A stretch of 60,478 bases of DNA, taken from assembly GCF_937920075.1 (NCBI RefSeq), contig NZ_CALETI010000172.1, positions 1-60,478 on the forward strand, in the 5' to 3' direction. Under the pieces are notes generated by a model. That model ran no database searches. It saw only the letters and a list, made by a program, of their open reading frames with translations, and was not told the DNA's origin. Below are positions 22,056 through 31,770 of the stretch, piece after piece; the first letter of the stretch is position 1; each line of letters starts with the position of its first letter. The DNA is from an uncultured Agitococcus sp. (GTDB lineage: Bacteria; Pseudomonadota; Gammaproteobacteria; Pseudomonadales; Moraxellaceae). The position numbers and the translations under genes were made by a program.

Positions 22056-22106
22056 AAAGATATTGCTCTAAAAATTGTGGTATAACTATAAAAAGAAATT
22101 TTAACT

Positions 22107-22254
22107 TAGGACTTACGTAGTTATCGCTTATTTACTCACATTTACCCCCCTGCCTTCGGCATCCCCCCTTATTAAGGGCGGACTGAGGGGGGTACAAAAC
22201 ACGCTTGTTTAGACTTTGCTCAACACAAGCTTTCTGTGAAATGCGTAAGTCCTG
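22107..22254 (+). mobile_element. MITE-like element (148 bp) with poly-C/G palindromic cassette
   Basis: taggacttacgtagttatcgcttattt ... gaaatgcgtaagtcctg; centre replaced by cccccctgccttcggcatccccccttattaagggcggactgagggggg. Confidence 0.75.
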
Positions 22255-22280
22255 AACTGTTGTATTTGAGAGTAAAAACA

Positions 22281-22478
22281 ATGGCTAATAAAAAATTTGT
22301 CCGTTCCCGTGAACATAATATCATTGCTGGAGTGATGGGAGGTATAGCCGATTATTTAGGATGGAGTCCCTTTAAAGTACGCTTAGCCTTTGTGATTATT
22401 TCATCAGTCAGTGCAGCCGTACCAGGTATTTTAATTTATATCATTTTGTGGTTTTTAATGCCTTTAGCGGAGGAGTAA
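22281..22478 (+). CDS. PspC-domain membrane protein
   Basis: RSREHNIIAGVMGGIADYLG...LIYIILWFLMP. Confidence 0.9.
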   Translation: MANKKFVRSREHNIIAGVMGGIADYLGWSPFKVRLAFVIISSVSAAVPGILIYIILWFLMPLAEE

Positions 22479-22482
22479 ACGC

Positions 22483-23406
22483 TTGAATTTGCCTTATTAC
22501 CATCCACACGTGCGCAATTTAGCATGGATCTTAGCCGCACCTAGTTTATTAAAATTTTTACCTGAATTTAATCAGCCCTTAACTGTGTTGGATGATCAAT
22601 TTTGGCAGCAACAATATCAGGCGTATTTACCACGTTTGCAGCAACTCGAAGACAATCCCCTCATTTTAGAACAGTTTTTGGCGGAGCATAATAATCATCG
22701 TTTAGGTTATTACTTTGAGTATTTGTTATTGTTTTGGTTGCAAGATAATCAATATCACTGTTTTGAGTTAATTAAGCATCGAGCAACGCTGTTTAAAGGA
22801 AAAATCACGATTGGTGAGTTAGATTATTTGCTTAGAAACAAAATAACAGGCGAGATTGAACATTGGGAAGTGGCCATTAAATTTTATTTAGGTTATCCAC
22901 CACTCACTGATGCCTATCATTGGTTAGGAGCAAACGATAACGACTCTTTAGGACGAAAATTGCATCATTTGGCGACTAAACAATTTTTGGCCGATCAATA
23001 TCAGGACTACAAAATTAATAAACGTTGTTTGCTAGTTAAAGGACGATTATTTTATCCTTCAACCGCTAAAAATCTCTTAGCACGCGCGCACAGTCCAACG
23101 GTTTCTTGTTTATCACCCAATCATTTACAAGGTAATTGGATCATGTATCAGGACTTTATTAACAGCCCCGAAGCTGCTCAATTGCACTGGCGGCATGTGG
23201 CCAAAGATGAGTGGTTGGCCGATCAACAGCCCTTTAAACAATTGCCATTGGCAAATTCCCAACATTTACCGCCATTACCAACGGCACGTGCAGAATTATT
23301 TTTAGGGTTTAATGCTAAATTAGAAGAACAAGCGCGTTGTTTTGTGTGTGGCGTGCCAAGAGCTATTCACTTGTTGGCTTCGACTCACTTCGGCTGCGCT
23401 CAGTGA
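22483..23406 (+). CDS. DUF1853 family protein (PD-(D/E)xK-like)
   Basis: VRNLAW, RLGYYFEYL, TIGELDYL, HWEVAIKFYLG; last codons are supplied by a repeat. Confidence 0.8.
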   Translation: MNLPYYHPHVRNLAWILAAPSLLKFLPEFNQPLTVLDDQFWQQQYQAYLPRLQQLEDNPLILEQFLAEHNNHRLGYYFEYLLLFWLQDNQYHCFELIKHRATLFKGKITIGELDYLLRNKITGEIEHWEVAIKFYLGYPPLTDAYHWLGANDNDSLGRKLHHLATKQFLADQYQDYKINKRCLLVKGRLFYPSTAKNLLARAHSPTVSCLSPNHLQGNWIMYQDFINSPEAAQLHWRHVAKDEWLADQQPFKQLPLANSQHLPPLPTARAELFLGFNAKLEEQARCFVCGVPRAIHLLASTHFGCAQ

Positions 23407-23453
23407 CCACCGCTCAGCCAACGTAACGATGTACCCTGAGCGCAGTCGAAGGG
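23377..23453. repeat. Nested REP-like palindrome (CTTCGACTnCGCTCAG family)
   Basis: gcttcgactc[acttcggctgcgctcagtgacca]ccgctcag...ccctgagcgcagtcgaaggg. Confidence 0.8.
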
Positions 23454-23500
23454 TTATGTTTCAGCGGTTTTCTGACAAACTAGCATGACTTGCCATAACA

Positions 23501-23612
23501 ACAATTTTTGTTGGTGACTCCTACATAATAAGTATATTTTTATCTAATTGAGATATTGTATTTTTTATAATATATTGATTTTAAAAGTATTAAAAATTGG
23601 CATGGTATCTGT
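23501..23612 (+). promoter_or_regulatory. Putative sigma54 promoter with IHF site and tandem enhancer motifs
   Basis: ACAATTTTTGT (23501) and ACATAATAAGT (23523), 22 bp apart; exact IHF consensus AATCAATATATTA on the minus strand (23568-23580); TGGCATGGTATCTGT (23598-23612; -12 reads GT rather than GC). Confidence 0.55.
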
Positions 23613-23656
23613 AATGGTTAAGTTGAGTTTATAACATCAACAACAAGGACATTACC

Positions 23657-24265
23657 ATGTTTAAGTATTCTTCAAAAATCATCATCACTCTTTTAACTTG
23701 TAGCTTGTTTACGGCTTGTAGTTCCACTCCCACCAACAAAAGTTTGGTCAAAGAGCAGTTAAGCATCGAAAAACAACGTCGAAATGCCGCACAAGACCTT
23801 GCCGAGCAAACCTTAGATACCATGCCTTCATGGGCGATGACTGCGCCACGTCCTGATAATACGGGCGTATATGCGGTGGGTGTGGCCGAAAGTGATAAAG
23901 TGCAAATTGCGATTAAAAAAGCCCAACTTCAAGCACAGTACGGTTTGGCAAAAATTTTTAATCAAGAGTTGGCAGGTAGCGAACAAATGATGCAACAAGA
24001 TGCGGGTGCAGGGTCAAGTAGTAGTTATCAGAGTTTGATTCAGTCTTTAGTGAATTATGTACCCGTTGTTGGTTTTGAAGTGGTAAAACAAGAAGTTAAA
24101 GCCGTCAATGGAGAGTTTCAGGCTTATACCCTGTTAAAACTACCTTATGCAGAGTTTAATAAAGCCTTACAAAGCCAAAAACAACAAGCACAAAATACCG
24201 ATATGAAACAAGCATTTGCTGACTTGGAGCGTCGTTTACAACAACATCAATTACAAAAAAAATAA
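23657..24265 (+). CDS. LPP20-like lipoprotein
   Basis: Lipobox LFTA-C; MPSWA...GVYAVGVAES...IAIKKAQLQAQYGLA is an LPP20-type pattern. Confidence 0.7.
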   Translation: MFKYSSKIIITLLTCSLFTACSSTPTNKSLVKEQLSIEKQRRNAAQDLAEQTLDTMPSWAMTAPRPDNTGVYAVGVAESDKVQIAIKKAQLQAQYGLAKIFNQELAGSEQMMQQDAGAGSSSSYQSLIQSLVNYVPVVGFEVVKQEVKAVNGEFQAYTLLKLPYAEFNKALQSQKQQAQNTDMKQAFADLERRLQQHQLQKK

Positions 24266-24283
24266 CCCTAGATTGAGGTTAAA

Positions 24284-25447
24284 ATGATGAAGCTGTGTTT
24301 GTATCTTGGCATGAGCTGTTATTTATTAACTTGTGCATCATCGGTGTGGGCATGGAATAAAGACTATCAAACCGAATATGTATTGGGTGATAGCGATAGT
24401 CGATTAACCGCCAAACAACAGGCTTTAAAGCAAATTCAATTACAAGCCATGCAAGAGGCAGGCACGTATATACAAGGTCAAACACAATTGCTTAATGACA
24501 AGTTGGATGAAAAAATCAACCAAGTCAGTGCGGCAATTGTTAAATTACAGGTATTAACCGAGCACTTTGAGTTAACCGCAACAGGACAGCAAAAGTTGCG
24601 GTTAATGGCTCGTGCTAATGTTGATGAGTCCGTATTACAACAGCGAGTTCAAGCCTTGCAACAGGAGACTAATCAGGCAAAACAACAACAACCAATTTTA
24701 ACGGCGATTCAACAAGAGCAACAAAAGCTAATGTTGGATAATCAATTATTACGTCGACAGCTACAGGTATTAAGTCAACAAGGGCAATTACCCGCAAATA
24801 TTTCGCCCATACCAACCGAACAAAAAGACTTATCTTTATGGTTAATGGCTTTACAAGCTCAATGGCAACAAACAGCTCTCACTAGCAAATTGTTGACAAA
24901 TGCCGATGGCACAAACCAAATAAAGATTGATTGGCGTTTGAGTTTAAAAGCAGATACGCCATTAGCACAATTATGCCAACGCTGGACATGTCAGTTAGGG
25001 TATGCCTATAAAGCTAATCTGGATGATGCTTGGGTAACACCTTTACATCAGCAATTATTTCGGCCTTTTAGTCGAATTGTACATATTGATGATAAATATA
25101 TTAGTCATTGGCAAATTTTAACGGTTCAGGCTTATCCACCTCAACCTTTGACTGAGCAAGAACTAGCTTTTATTCAACAATATCAAGTTCAAGTATATAA
25201 AAATATAGGACAAAAAATTTTAACAATTCCTTTAGTCAAATATGATGCTGCTCAAGGCACATTGGTGATTCGTATGCAAGGTATGGTGATGAGTGATAAC
25301 CTAATCACCTATGATCCGCAGTCAAGACAAGGAAATTTATTGTGTGCGGTTAAGTTGCCTAAACAATGCAGTGCATTAGAGATAGAGTCTTTGGGTAAAG
25401 ATAATGGTCAGATGTCGGTTGCTAAAAGAGTGATTGATTCATATTAG
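24284..25447 (+). CDS. Secreted hypothetical protein (N-terminal LPP20/FlgT_N-like segment, Gln-rich coiled coil)
   Basis: Signal peptide ending VWA; GDSDSRLTAKQQAL..AMQEAGTYI; co-oriented 18 bp after the lipoprotein gene. Confidence 0.65.
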   Translation: MMKLCLYLGMSCYLLTCASSVWAWNKDYQTEYVLGDSDSRLTAKQQALKQIQLQAMQEAGTYIQGQTQLLNDKLDEKINQVSAAIVKLQVLTEHFELTATGQQKLRLMARANVDESVLQQRVQALQQETNQAKQQQPILTAIQQEQQKLMLDNQLLRRQLQVLSQQGQLPANISPIPTEQKDLSLWLMALQAQWQQTALTSKLLTNADGTNQIKIDWRLSLKADTPLAQLCQRWTCQLGYAYKANLDDAWVTPLHQQLFRPFSRIVHIDDKYISHWQILTVQAYPPQPLTEQELAFIQQYQVQVYKNIGQKILTIPLVKYDAAQGTLVIRMQGMVMSDNLITYDPQSRQGNLLCAVKLPKQCSALEIESLGKDNGQMSVAKRVIDSY

Positions 25448-25448
25448 T

Positions 25449-25471
25449 AGCGAAGTTTAGTTAACTTCGCT
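25449..25471. terminator. Hairpin between convergent genes
   Basis: agcgaagtt-tagtt-aacttcgct. Confidence 0.6.
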
Positions 25472-25480
25472 CTTTCGGGT

Positions 25481-26245
25481 TTAAATCTCTCTCATCACAA
25501 TCCCTTGCTCACGCAAAAACGCTTTTGCTTGAGGCACGGTGTATTCGCCAAAGTGGAAAATACTGGCAGCTAACACCGCATCAGCACGCCCTTGCAAAAT
25601 ACCATCGGCCAAATGCTGCAAATTACCCACACCACCTGATGCAATGACTGGTACATTGACGGCATCACTCACTGCACGTACAACGCCTAAGTCATAGCCA
25701 TTTTTAGTGCCATCAGCATCCATACTGGTTAATAAAATTTCACCCGCCCCATAGTTGGCCATTTTTACCGCCCATTCAACAGCATTAATGCCTGTCGGTT
25801 TACGGCCACCGTGGGTAAAAATTTCCCAACGGCCATCGGCAACTTTTTTGGCATCAATGGCAACCACAATACATTGTGAGCCAAAACGCTCAGCCGCTTC
25901 ACGGACAAAATCAGGGTTAGTCACTGCTGCGGAGTTAATACTGACCTTATCAGCACCTGCATTGAGTAAATTACGAATATCTTCCAACTTGCGAATGCCA
26001 CCACCCACTGTTAACGGCACAAACACTTCGGAAGCCATGCGTTCAACGGTTTTTAAGGTCGTGTCACGGCCTTCATGGCTGGCGGTAATATCCAAAAAGG
26101 TAATTTCGTCTGCACCTTGTTGGTCATAGCGTTTGGCCACTTCAACAGGGTCACCAGCATCACGAATATCTAAAAACTGGACACCTTTGACCACACGGCC
26201 TTTATCAACATCTAAACAAGGAATAATACGTTTGGCGAGAGTCAT
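25481..26245 (-). CDS. hisF: Imidazole glycerol phosphate synthase cyclase subunit
   Basis: [31 protein letters not shown]. Confidence 0.98.
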   Translation of the reverse strand: MTLAKRIIPCLDVDKGRVVKGVQFLDIRDAGDPVEVAKRYDQQGADEITFLDITASHEGRDTTLKTVERMASEVFVPLTVGGGIRKLEDIRNLLNAGADKVSINSAAVTNPDFVREAAERFGSQCIVVAIDAKKVADGRWEIFTHGGRKPTGINAVEWAVKMANYGAGEILLTSMDADGTKNGYDLGVVRAVSDAVNVPVIASGGVGNLQHLADGILQGRADAVLAASIFHFGEYTVPQAKAFLREQGIVMREI

Positions 26246-26256
26246 AAGCATACCTA

Positions 26257-26292
26257 CTCCCTCTCCCTATGGGAGAGGGCTGGGGAGAGGGT
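26257..26292. repeat. REP-like palindrome, CCCTCTCCC..GGGAGAGGG family
   Basis: ctccctctccctatgggagagggctggggagaggg; related copies at 31234 and 45571. Confidence 0.8.
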
Positions 26293-26297
26293 TAAAG

Positions 26298-27029
26298 TTA
26301 TTCAGCATCCGCTAATTGTTGGGCTTCAGCAACGTTAATCGTACCTTCATAAATAGCACGACCTGTAATTGCACCAATTACGCCATCATGCGCAACGGTT
26401 TTTAAGCGGCGAATATCATCTAAGTTAGTCACCCCACCTGATGCAATGACAGGTAAACCACTGGCGCGTGCTAAAGCCGCAGTTGCTTGTACGTTAACAC
26501 CTTGCATCATGCCGTCACGAGCAATATCGGTGTAAACAATGGCACTAACACCCGCTTGAGCAAAGTTTTTAGCGAGGTCTTCTGCTTTTACTTGAGAAAC
26601 TTCAGCCCAACCATCCGTTGCCACCCAACCATCTTTGGCATCAATGCCAACAATGATACGACCATGAAACTCACGACAAGCATCAACAACAAATTGAGGC
26701 TCTTTAACGGCTTTAGTGCCAATAATGACCCACGTAACACCCGCTTTAATATAAGATTCAATCGTTTCTAATGAGCGAATACCCCCACCAATTTGAATTG
26801 GCAGCGCAGGATGTTTTTTAGCAATGGCTTTCACCACTTCGCTGTGAATAGGCGTGCCTGCAAAAGCACCATTTAAATCAACGAGGTGCAAACGACGTGC
26901 GCCTTGTTCTACCCAATGTGTGGCCATGCCAACAGGATCATCGGAAAACACGGTGTTATCTTCCATACGGCCTTGTTGTAAACGTACACACTTACCATCT
27001 TTAAGGTCAATTGCAGGGATAATTAACAT
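26298..27029 (-). CDS. hisA: ProFAR isomerase
   Basis: [32 protein letters not shown]. Confidence 0.98.
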   Translation of the reverse strand: MLIIPAIDLKDGKCVRLQQGRMEDNTVFSDDPVGMATHWVEQGARRLHLVDLNGAFAGTPIHSEVVKAIAKKHPALPIQIGGGIRSLETIESYIKAGVTWVIIGTKAVKEPQFVVDACREFHGRIIVGIDAKDGWVATDGWAEVSQVKAEDLAKNFAQAGVSAIVYTDIARDGMMQGVNVQATAALARASGLPVIASGGVTNLDDIRRLKTVAHDGVIGAITGRAIYEGTINVAEAQQLADAE

Positions 27030-27062
27030 AAAATTCTCAATTTAATGTTGGCGGTGGTTAAT

Positions 27063-27138
27063 GGCTTCGACTCCGCTCAGCCAACTTCGTTCCCTGAGCG
27101 GAGTCGAATAAGGGCGTTCTCTGAGCGGAGTCGAAGAG
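27063..27138. repeat. REP-like cluster (CTTCGACTnCGCTCAG family, three half-units)
   Basis: gcttcgactccgctcag ... ctgagcggagtcgaa ... ctgagcggagtcgaag. Confidence 0.8.
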
Positions 27139-27771
27139 CTAAACACGCCATTCAACAAAGTTTTTTAACAACTGTAAGCCCATTTTTTGGCTTTTTTCAG
27201 GGTGAAACTGTACGGCAAATAAGTTGTCGTGGCTAATGGCAGTGGTAAAGTCCAAACCATAATGACTACGGCCAGCAATTAATTGGCTATCAGCAACGTC
27301 GACATAAAAACTATGAACAAAGTAAAAACGGCTGTTTTGGGGAATATCTCGCCATAACGCATGATCAATAGTATGGTTTACTTCATTCCAACCCATGTGT
27401 GGCACTTTTAAGCGTTGGCCATTTTCAACCAAATCATTGCCAAAAAATTTAACCTTACCGTTAAACATTGCCAAACAATCAACACCGCCATTTTCTTCGG
27501 AGTGTTCCATTAAGGCTTGCATACCCACACAAATGGCTAACACTGGTTTTTGGCTGGCTGCTTCACGTACCTCAGCATCAACACCAACCGCTTTCATGCC
27601 TGCCATACAATCACGCATTGCGCCCACACCCGGAAACACCACACGGTCAGCCGCACGCACTAAAGCAGGGTCATGGGTAATAATGACTTTACTTGCGCCA
27701 ACGTGTTCTAAGGCTTTGGCGACAGAGTGCAAATTACCCATGCCATAATCTAAAACAGCCACCGTGGTCAT
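27139..27771 (-). CDS. hisH: Imidazole glycerol phosphate synthase glutaminase subunit
   Basis: DYGMGNL, ICVGMQ, VPHMGWN, QFHPEKS. Confidence 0.98.
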   Translation of the reverse strand: MTTVAVLDYGMGNLHSVAKALEHVGASKVIITHDPALVRAADRVVFPGVGAMRDCMAGMKAVGVDAEVREAASQKPVLAICVGMQALMEHSEENGGVDCLAMFNGKVKFFGNDLVENGQRLKVPHMGWNEVNHTIDHALWRDIPQNSRFYFVHSFYVDVADSQLIAGRSHYGLDFTTAISHDNLFAVQFHPEKSQKMGLQLLKNFVEWRV

Positions 27772-28364
27772 TATAAGCTACCTTTGGTTGAGGGCATTTG
27801 ACCAGCCATACGTGGGTCTAACTCAGCAGCCATACGCAAAGCGCGGGCAAAGGCTTTAAAAATACTTTCAATTTGGTGATGAGTGTTGCGACCACGAATG
27901 TTATCGACATGAATGCCAATGTTTGCGTGATTGACAAAGCCTTGAAAAAATTCATAAAACAAATCAACGTCAAAGCCACCCACACTGGCGCGGGTAAATT
28001 CGACATTAAAGTCAAGGTGTGGACGGCCTGCAATGTCAATCACAACACGCGATAAGGCTTCATCTAAAGGTACATAAGCATGACCGACACGACGAATACC
28101 TTTTTTGTCGCCAATCGCTTTGGCAAAGGCTTGCCCAAGGGTAATGCCACAATCTTCGGCACTGTGATGATCATCAATGTCAGTATCACCCTGACAAGTT
28201 ATGTTAATATCAATTAGCCCGTGACGAACAATTTGATCTAACATATGGTCTAAAAAGGGCATACCTGTGTTAAGTTGGCCTTGACCTGTACCATCAAGAT
28301 TGATACTTGCGGTAATTTGGGTTTCTTTGGTATTACGAACCACTTCAGCTTGGCGCGCTGTCAT
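27771..28364 (-). CDS. hisB: Imidazoleglycerol-phosphate dehydratase
   Basis: [28 protein letters not shown]. Confidence 0.97.
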   Translation of the reverse strand: MTARQAEVVRNTKETQITASINLDGTGQGQLNTGMPFLDHMLDQIVRHGLIDINITCQGDTDIDDHHSAEDCGITLGQAFAKAIGDKKGIRRVGHAYVPLDEALSRVVIDIAGRPHLDFNVEFTRASVGGFDVDLFYEFFQGFVNHANIGIHVDNIRGRNTHHQIESIFKAFARALRMAAELDPRMAGQMPSTKGSL

Positions 28365-28491
28365 CTTATTTGCCTTTGCTAAAATAACAAACACTAATTA
28401 TAACGTGCTTAGGCGAATGATGTTAGTTTTTTGAGTGGTGTGATTAACACATTTTACTGAAGGCTTGTATTGAGTAAAGTCGCGGTGTTTT

Positions 28492-28561
28492 CCCTTCGAC
28501 TACGCTCAGGGAGCATAGTCGCGTTGGTTGAGCGAAGTCGAAACCAAACGCATAAGTTCTA
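28492..28561. repeat. REP-like palindrome followed by a degenerate MITE end
   Basis: cccttcgactacgctcaggg ... gttgagcgaagtcgaaacc, then cgcataagttcta. Confidence 0.7.
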
Positions 28562-28579
28562 AAAAAGAGAGTTAAAAAT

Positions 28580-28969
28580 ATGCCAGTGATAGTCAGTGCA
28601 GAACAACAGTTAAGTCCTGAGTTAAGTCAACATTTAGCAAAGTTATATGATAGTAGTCCTGAATTTAGCAATGGCGAAGCAGCGATTGCTAAAGCAAATG
28701 AGGTCTTAGCCAATCAAGGTTTGGTATATATTGGCTGGTTTAATAATCGACCTGTTGCATCAATGATGGCTAGCGGTGCAGCAAATAACCGCTTATTGCA
28801 TAATATTGTTGTCCATCCTGCGAATCGTGGGCGTGGTATTGCTGATCGTTTAATGGCCGAAACCTGTCGTTTGGAACGAGAAAAAGGCGCAACACATTTT
28901 GTTGCAGGATGCACCGCGATTGCACGTTTATTGCGTATTGATGCAGCACGCTTGCAAAAAGAAAAATAA
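28580..28969 (+). CDS. GNAT-fold protein, PanZ/PanM-like acetyl-CoA sensor
   Basis: LAKLY, WFNNR, VVHPANRGRGIA acetyl-CoA binding motif. Confidence 0.7.
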   Translation: MPVIVSAEQQLSPELSQHLAKLYDSSPEFSNGEAAIAKANEVLANQGLVYIGWFNNRPVASMMASGAANNRLLHNIVVHPANRGRGIADRLMAETCRLEREKGATHFVAGCTAIARLLRIDAARLQKEK

Positions 28970-29024
28970 TTAGCTTGTTTAATAAGCAAATAACGCTTAT
29001 TTTTTAGTAAGTTGACAAAAAGCC

Positions 29025-29060
29025 TTGACGATAGTCGGGCTTTGCGTTTTAATACGCGCC
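29025..29060 (+). promoter_or_regulatory. Sigma70 stable-RNA promoter
   Basis: TTGACG-17 bp-TTTAAT followed by a GC-rich discriminator (acgcgcc). Confidence 0.8.
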
Positions 29061-29068
29061 TCTGTCGT

Positions 29069-29144
<76 letters not shown>

Positions 29145-29151
29145 TGAATTC

Positions 29152-29184
29152 AAAAAAAGCCTTGCAGCAATGCAAGGCTTTTTT
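29152..29184. terminator. Rho-independent terminator after the tRNA
   Basis: aaaaaaagccttgca-gcaa-tgcaaggctttttt. Confidence 0.9.
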
Positions 29185-29231
29185 ATTGCCTAGAGAAAAA
29201 TAAAAACCCGCATAGAGCGGGTTGATTGTGG

Positions 29232-30119
29232 TTAGTTGGCTAATGGTTTGTGTTTATTGTTTTCAGTGGAGACTTTATCACTTTTCCAACCCGGCCCTTT
29301 CACAAACACTCGAAAGTCATAACCACTCGCTTTAAAATCTTTGAACATATCAGCCCATTCATGCACTTGTAAGAAAAATGGATTAAGTGAATGAGGTTGG
29401 CGTTCAGTTAAGCCATAAGTAATGTTGCCTGCTTTTTCTTCGGGAACAAAAGTACCAAACAATTTATCCCAAATAATCAATACGCCACCAAAGTTAGTAT
29501 CAATTTGTGCTGGTTGACTGCCATGATGGACACGATGATGAGATGGTGTATTTAAAATAAAACCAAACTTGTCTAATGGGCTGCGCGTTTCGGTGTGTAA
29601 AAAGAATTGATAAGCTAAGTTTAATTCAATGGCAATCGTCACCCAGTTTTTATCAAAACCGACTAAAGCCACAGGAACCCACCAAAATAACCATGCGCCA
29701 TTAAATACCATGGTAAAGTTTTGGCGTAGAGCGGTTGAATAATTCATCCGTTCAGCCGAATGATGAGTGACGTGTGACGTCCAAAACCAACGTACTTTGT
29801 GCATCATAAAATGACATAAATAAAAGCTGGCATCGACCACCAAAAAAATCAAAATAAGGCTAAAAATGCCATGCACAGGTTTATATTGAAAACCAAATTG
29901 ATATACCCAATCAAAAAACACCCGAATAAATAAAGCAACAGCAATACCATCCACAATTTTGTAGTTAGCACCCATCACCATATTGGTAATCGTTTCTTTA
30001 AACGAGTACATTTCAGGACGGCCTTTTTTGTGCCAATAGTATGCTTCAGCAGCAATGACACTAATAAATAATCCACCAAACAAGACGATAAACATTAAGG
30101 CATGAACAACATCAGACAT
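29232..30119 (-). CDS. Sterol desaturase/fatty acid hydroxylase family protein (alkylglycerol monooxygenase-like)
   Basis: His boxes HFMMH, HVTHH, HT, PSHHRVHH; NFGGVLIIWDKLFGT. Confidence 0.88.
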   Translation of the reverse strand: MSDVVHALMFIVLFGGLFISVIAAEAYYWHKKGRPEMYSFKETITNMVMGANYKIVDGIAVALFIRVFFDWVYQFGFQYKPVHGIFSLILIFLVVDASFYLCHFMMHKVRWFWTSHVTHHSAERMNYSTALRQNFTMVFNGAWLFWWVPVALVGFDKNWVTIAIELNLAYQFFLHTETRSPLDKFGFILNTPSHHRVHHGSQPAQIDTNFGGVLIIWDKLFGTFVPEEKAGNITYGLTERQPHSLNPFFLQVHEWADMFKDFKASGYDFRVFVKGPGWKSDKVSTENNKHKPLAN

Positions 30120-30205
30120 GACTTGAACCCTCTAAGCTTTATTATTTGGCACTTTAGTGCCACTTGATGAGGTGTATTTTGCCGTTTGTTTGTTATACTG
30201 TATTG

Positions 30206-30239
30206 ACAGTATTCGCCATGTTTTTAACAGTAATCGCCA
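30206..30239. promoter_or_regulatory. AraC-type tandem operator
   Basis: Direct repeat acagtattcgcca / acagtaatcgcca, 21 bp apart, between the divergent desaturase and AraC genes. Confidence 0.6.
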
Positions 30240-30252
30240 ATAAGAGGGCTGT

Positions 30253-31260
30253 ATGCAAGGTATTTATGTCGCTAGTGATTTGGCCAATTTATTACGTGCC
30301 TATTTAGATAAATATCAGATTGATGCGCCCAGTATTCGTCATCAATTAGCCGCATGGCCGCCTCATGCCCAAATGCCCATGAAAGTATGGTGGCAATTGT
30401 TAGAGGAAATGCAAACGTTATTACACGAGCCAGCTTTAGGGGTAAAAATTGGCCAATGTGTGCAACCACAACATACGGGTGTATTGGCGTATTTGATTAT
30501 GCACTGTGCAACCTTGGGTGAGGCTTTGTTGCATTTTCAACGTTTTCAAAAGCTATTGCACAATATGTCAGACGTATTATTAACCAGTCATCAGCAAGCC
30601 CTAAAATTGAGTTGGGATTTGAGTTTAGGCGCATCAACCCAATTGTCTGATGAAGTGTTTATGAGTGGTTTAATTACTTTTGTTAAGCAGATGGTGCAAG
30701 GCATGGGGCTGCAACCTGTGGCTTTACATTTTATGCATCCTGCGCCTTGTGATCCTCAGTTATATCAAGAGTTGATTGGCTGTCCTGTATTTTTTAATGC
30801 CAAACAGGTGTCGATTGATATTCCACTCGAAGCATTGAATTTAACGATTAATAGCCAAAATCCTTATTTGTTAGAACTGTTGGCTAAACAAGCTGAGGCA
30901 TTAATTGACCAATCTGCTCATGATGATTTGTTATTAGAAACGATACGCCGTTTTTGTGCTGAGCGATTACATCAACATGTGCCTACTTTGGATGAAGTAG
31001 CAAGCACCTTAAATTTATCAACACGCACTTTGCATCGGCGTTTGGCAGACAGAGGCTTAAATTTTCATCATTTATTAGCCGAAACCCGTTTTCGTTTGGC
31101 TAAACATTATTTGTCTGACCCCCGTTTACAGCTCAATCAAATTGCTTTGTTATTGGGCTATTCCGAGCAAAGTGCGTTTACCCGCGCATTTAGTGCATGG
31201 GCAGGCATTTCACCCCAACGTTTTAGAACTAGGTCTCCCTTTGGGAGAGGGTTGGGGTGA
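30253..31260 (+). CDS. AraC-family regulator (OruR/VqsM-like ligand-binding domain)
   Basis: C-terminal SxRTLHRRL...LLGYSEQSAFTRAF..W.G.SP; last residues come from a repeat. Confidence 0.9.
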   Translation: MQGIYVASDLANLLRAYLDKYQIDAPSIRHQLAAWPPHAQMPMKVWWQLLEEMQTLLHEPALGVKIGQCVQPQHTGVLAYLIMHCATLGEALLHFQRFQKLLHNMSDVLLTSHQQALKLSWDLSLGASTQLSDEVFMSGLITFVKQMVQGMGLQPVALHFMHPAPCDPQLYQELIGCPVFFNAKQVSIDIPLEALNLTINSQNPYLLELLAKQAEALIDQSAHDDLLLETIRRFCAERLHQHVPTLDEVASTLNLSTRTLHRRLADRGLNFHHLLAETRFRLAKHYLSDPRLQLNQIALLLGYSEQSAFTRAFSAWAGISPQRFRTRSPFGRGLG

Positions 31261-31262
31261 GA
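31234..31262. repeat. REP-like palindrome, CCCTCTCCC family, overlapping the AraC 3' end
   Basis: tctccctttgggagagggttggggtgaga. Confidence 0.75.
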
Positions 31263-31266
31263 AAAG

Positions 31267-31770
31267 TTATTTCACATGACTAGGCAATGGGGGTGGGCTG
31301 TGACTAGATTTGGGTTTTGGTGGACGTGCTTTGAGTTGTAAGGCTTGAACCAAGGTTTTTTGGATATCTTCACAACGTTTAACGTCAGTATCCAAACTTT
31401 GATACAACATGCCTTGGGTATCTTCTAACACCACATGACATAAATCATATTTAGGGTTAGGGGTAACAGCATCGACATATTTTAATTGGTGTGCTTGAAA
31501 AGTTTGTTGATAAACATCAGGCACAGCTAAGGTAATGGTGACTTGTTGGCCTTGTAAGCTGAGTTGATAAAACATAGTGCTTAAATTAAAGGTGCTAAAT
31601 GTTGCTGTTGCGGTTAATAACAACACCGCTAAAGCAACCATAATCCATTTAGAAATGCCAAAAACTTTATAAACCAATAAACACACTAAGAGTGTTAAGA
31701 GCGTACTAATTGCCAAAATGGGATAAATAGATTGGGCAATTTGTTCAGCACTACCAAAAATAAACATCAT
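31267..31770 (-). CDS. Hypothetical membrane protein (two N-terminal TM helices, C-terminal Cys pair)
   Basis: 167-aa ORF; ATGA overlap with the methyltransferase stop. Confidence 0.65.
   Translation of the reverse strand: MMFIFGSAEQIAQSIYPILAISTLLTLLVCLLVYKVFGISKWIMVALAVLLLTATATFSTFNLSTMFYQLSLQGQQVTITLAVPDVYQQTFQAHQLKYVDAVTPNPKYDLCHVVLEDTQGMLYQSLDTDVKRCEDIQKTLVQALQLKARPPKPKSSHSPPPLPSHVK

Noticed and set aside
17216..22254. Possible CRISPR array or integron attC array
   Set aside because: The repeats are dispersed, variable in length and orientation, with no regular spacers, no cas genes, no integrase and no RYYYAAC/GTTRRRY ends.
27045..27236. 63-aa ORF with repeated ERSR
   Set aside because: It is a translation of the REP cluster and antisense hisH.
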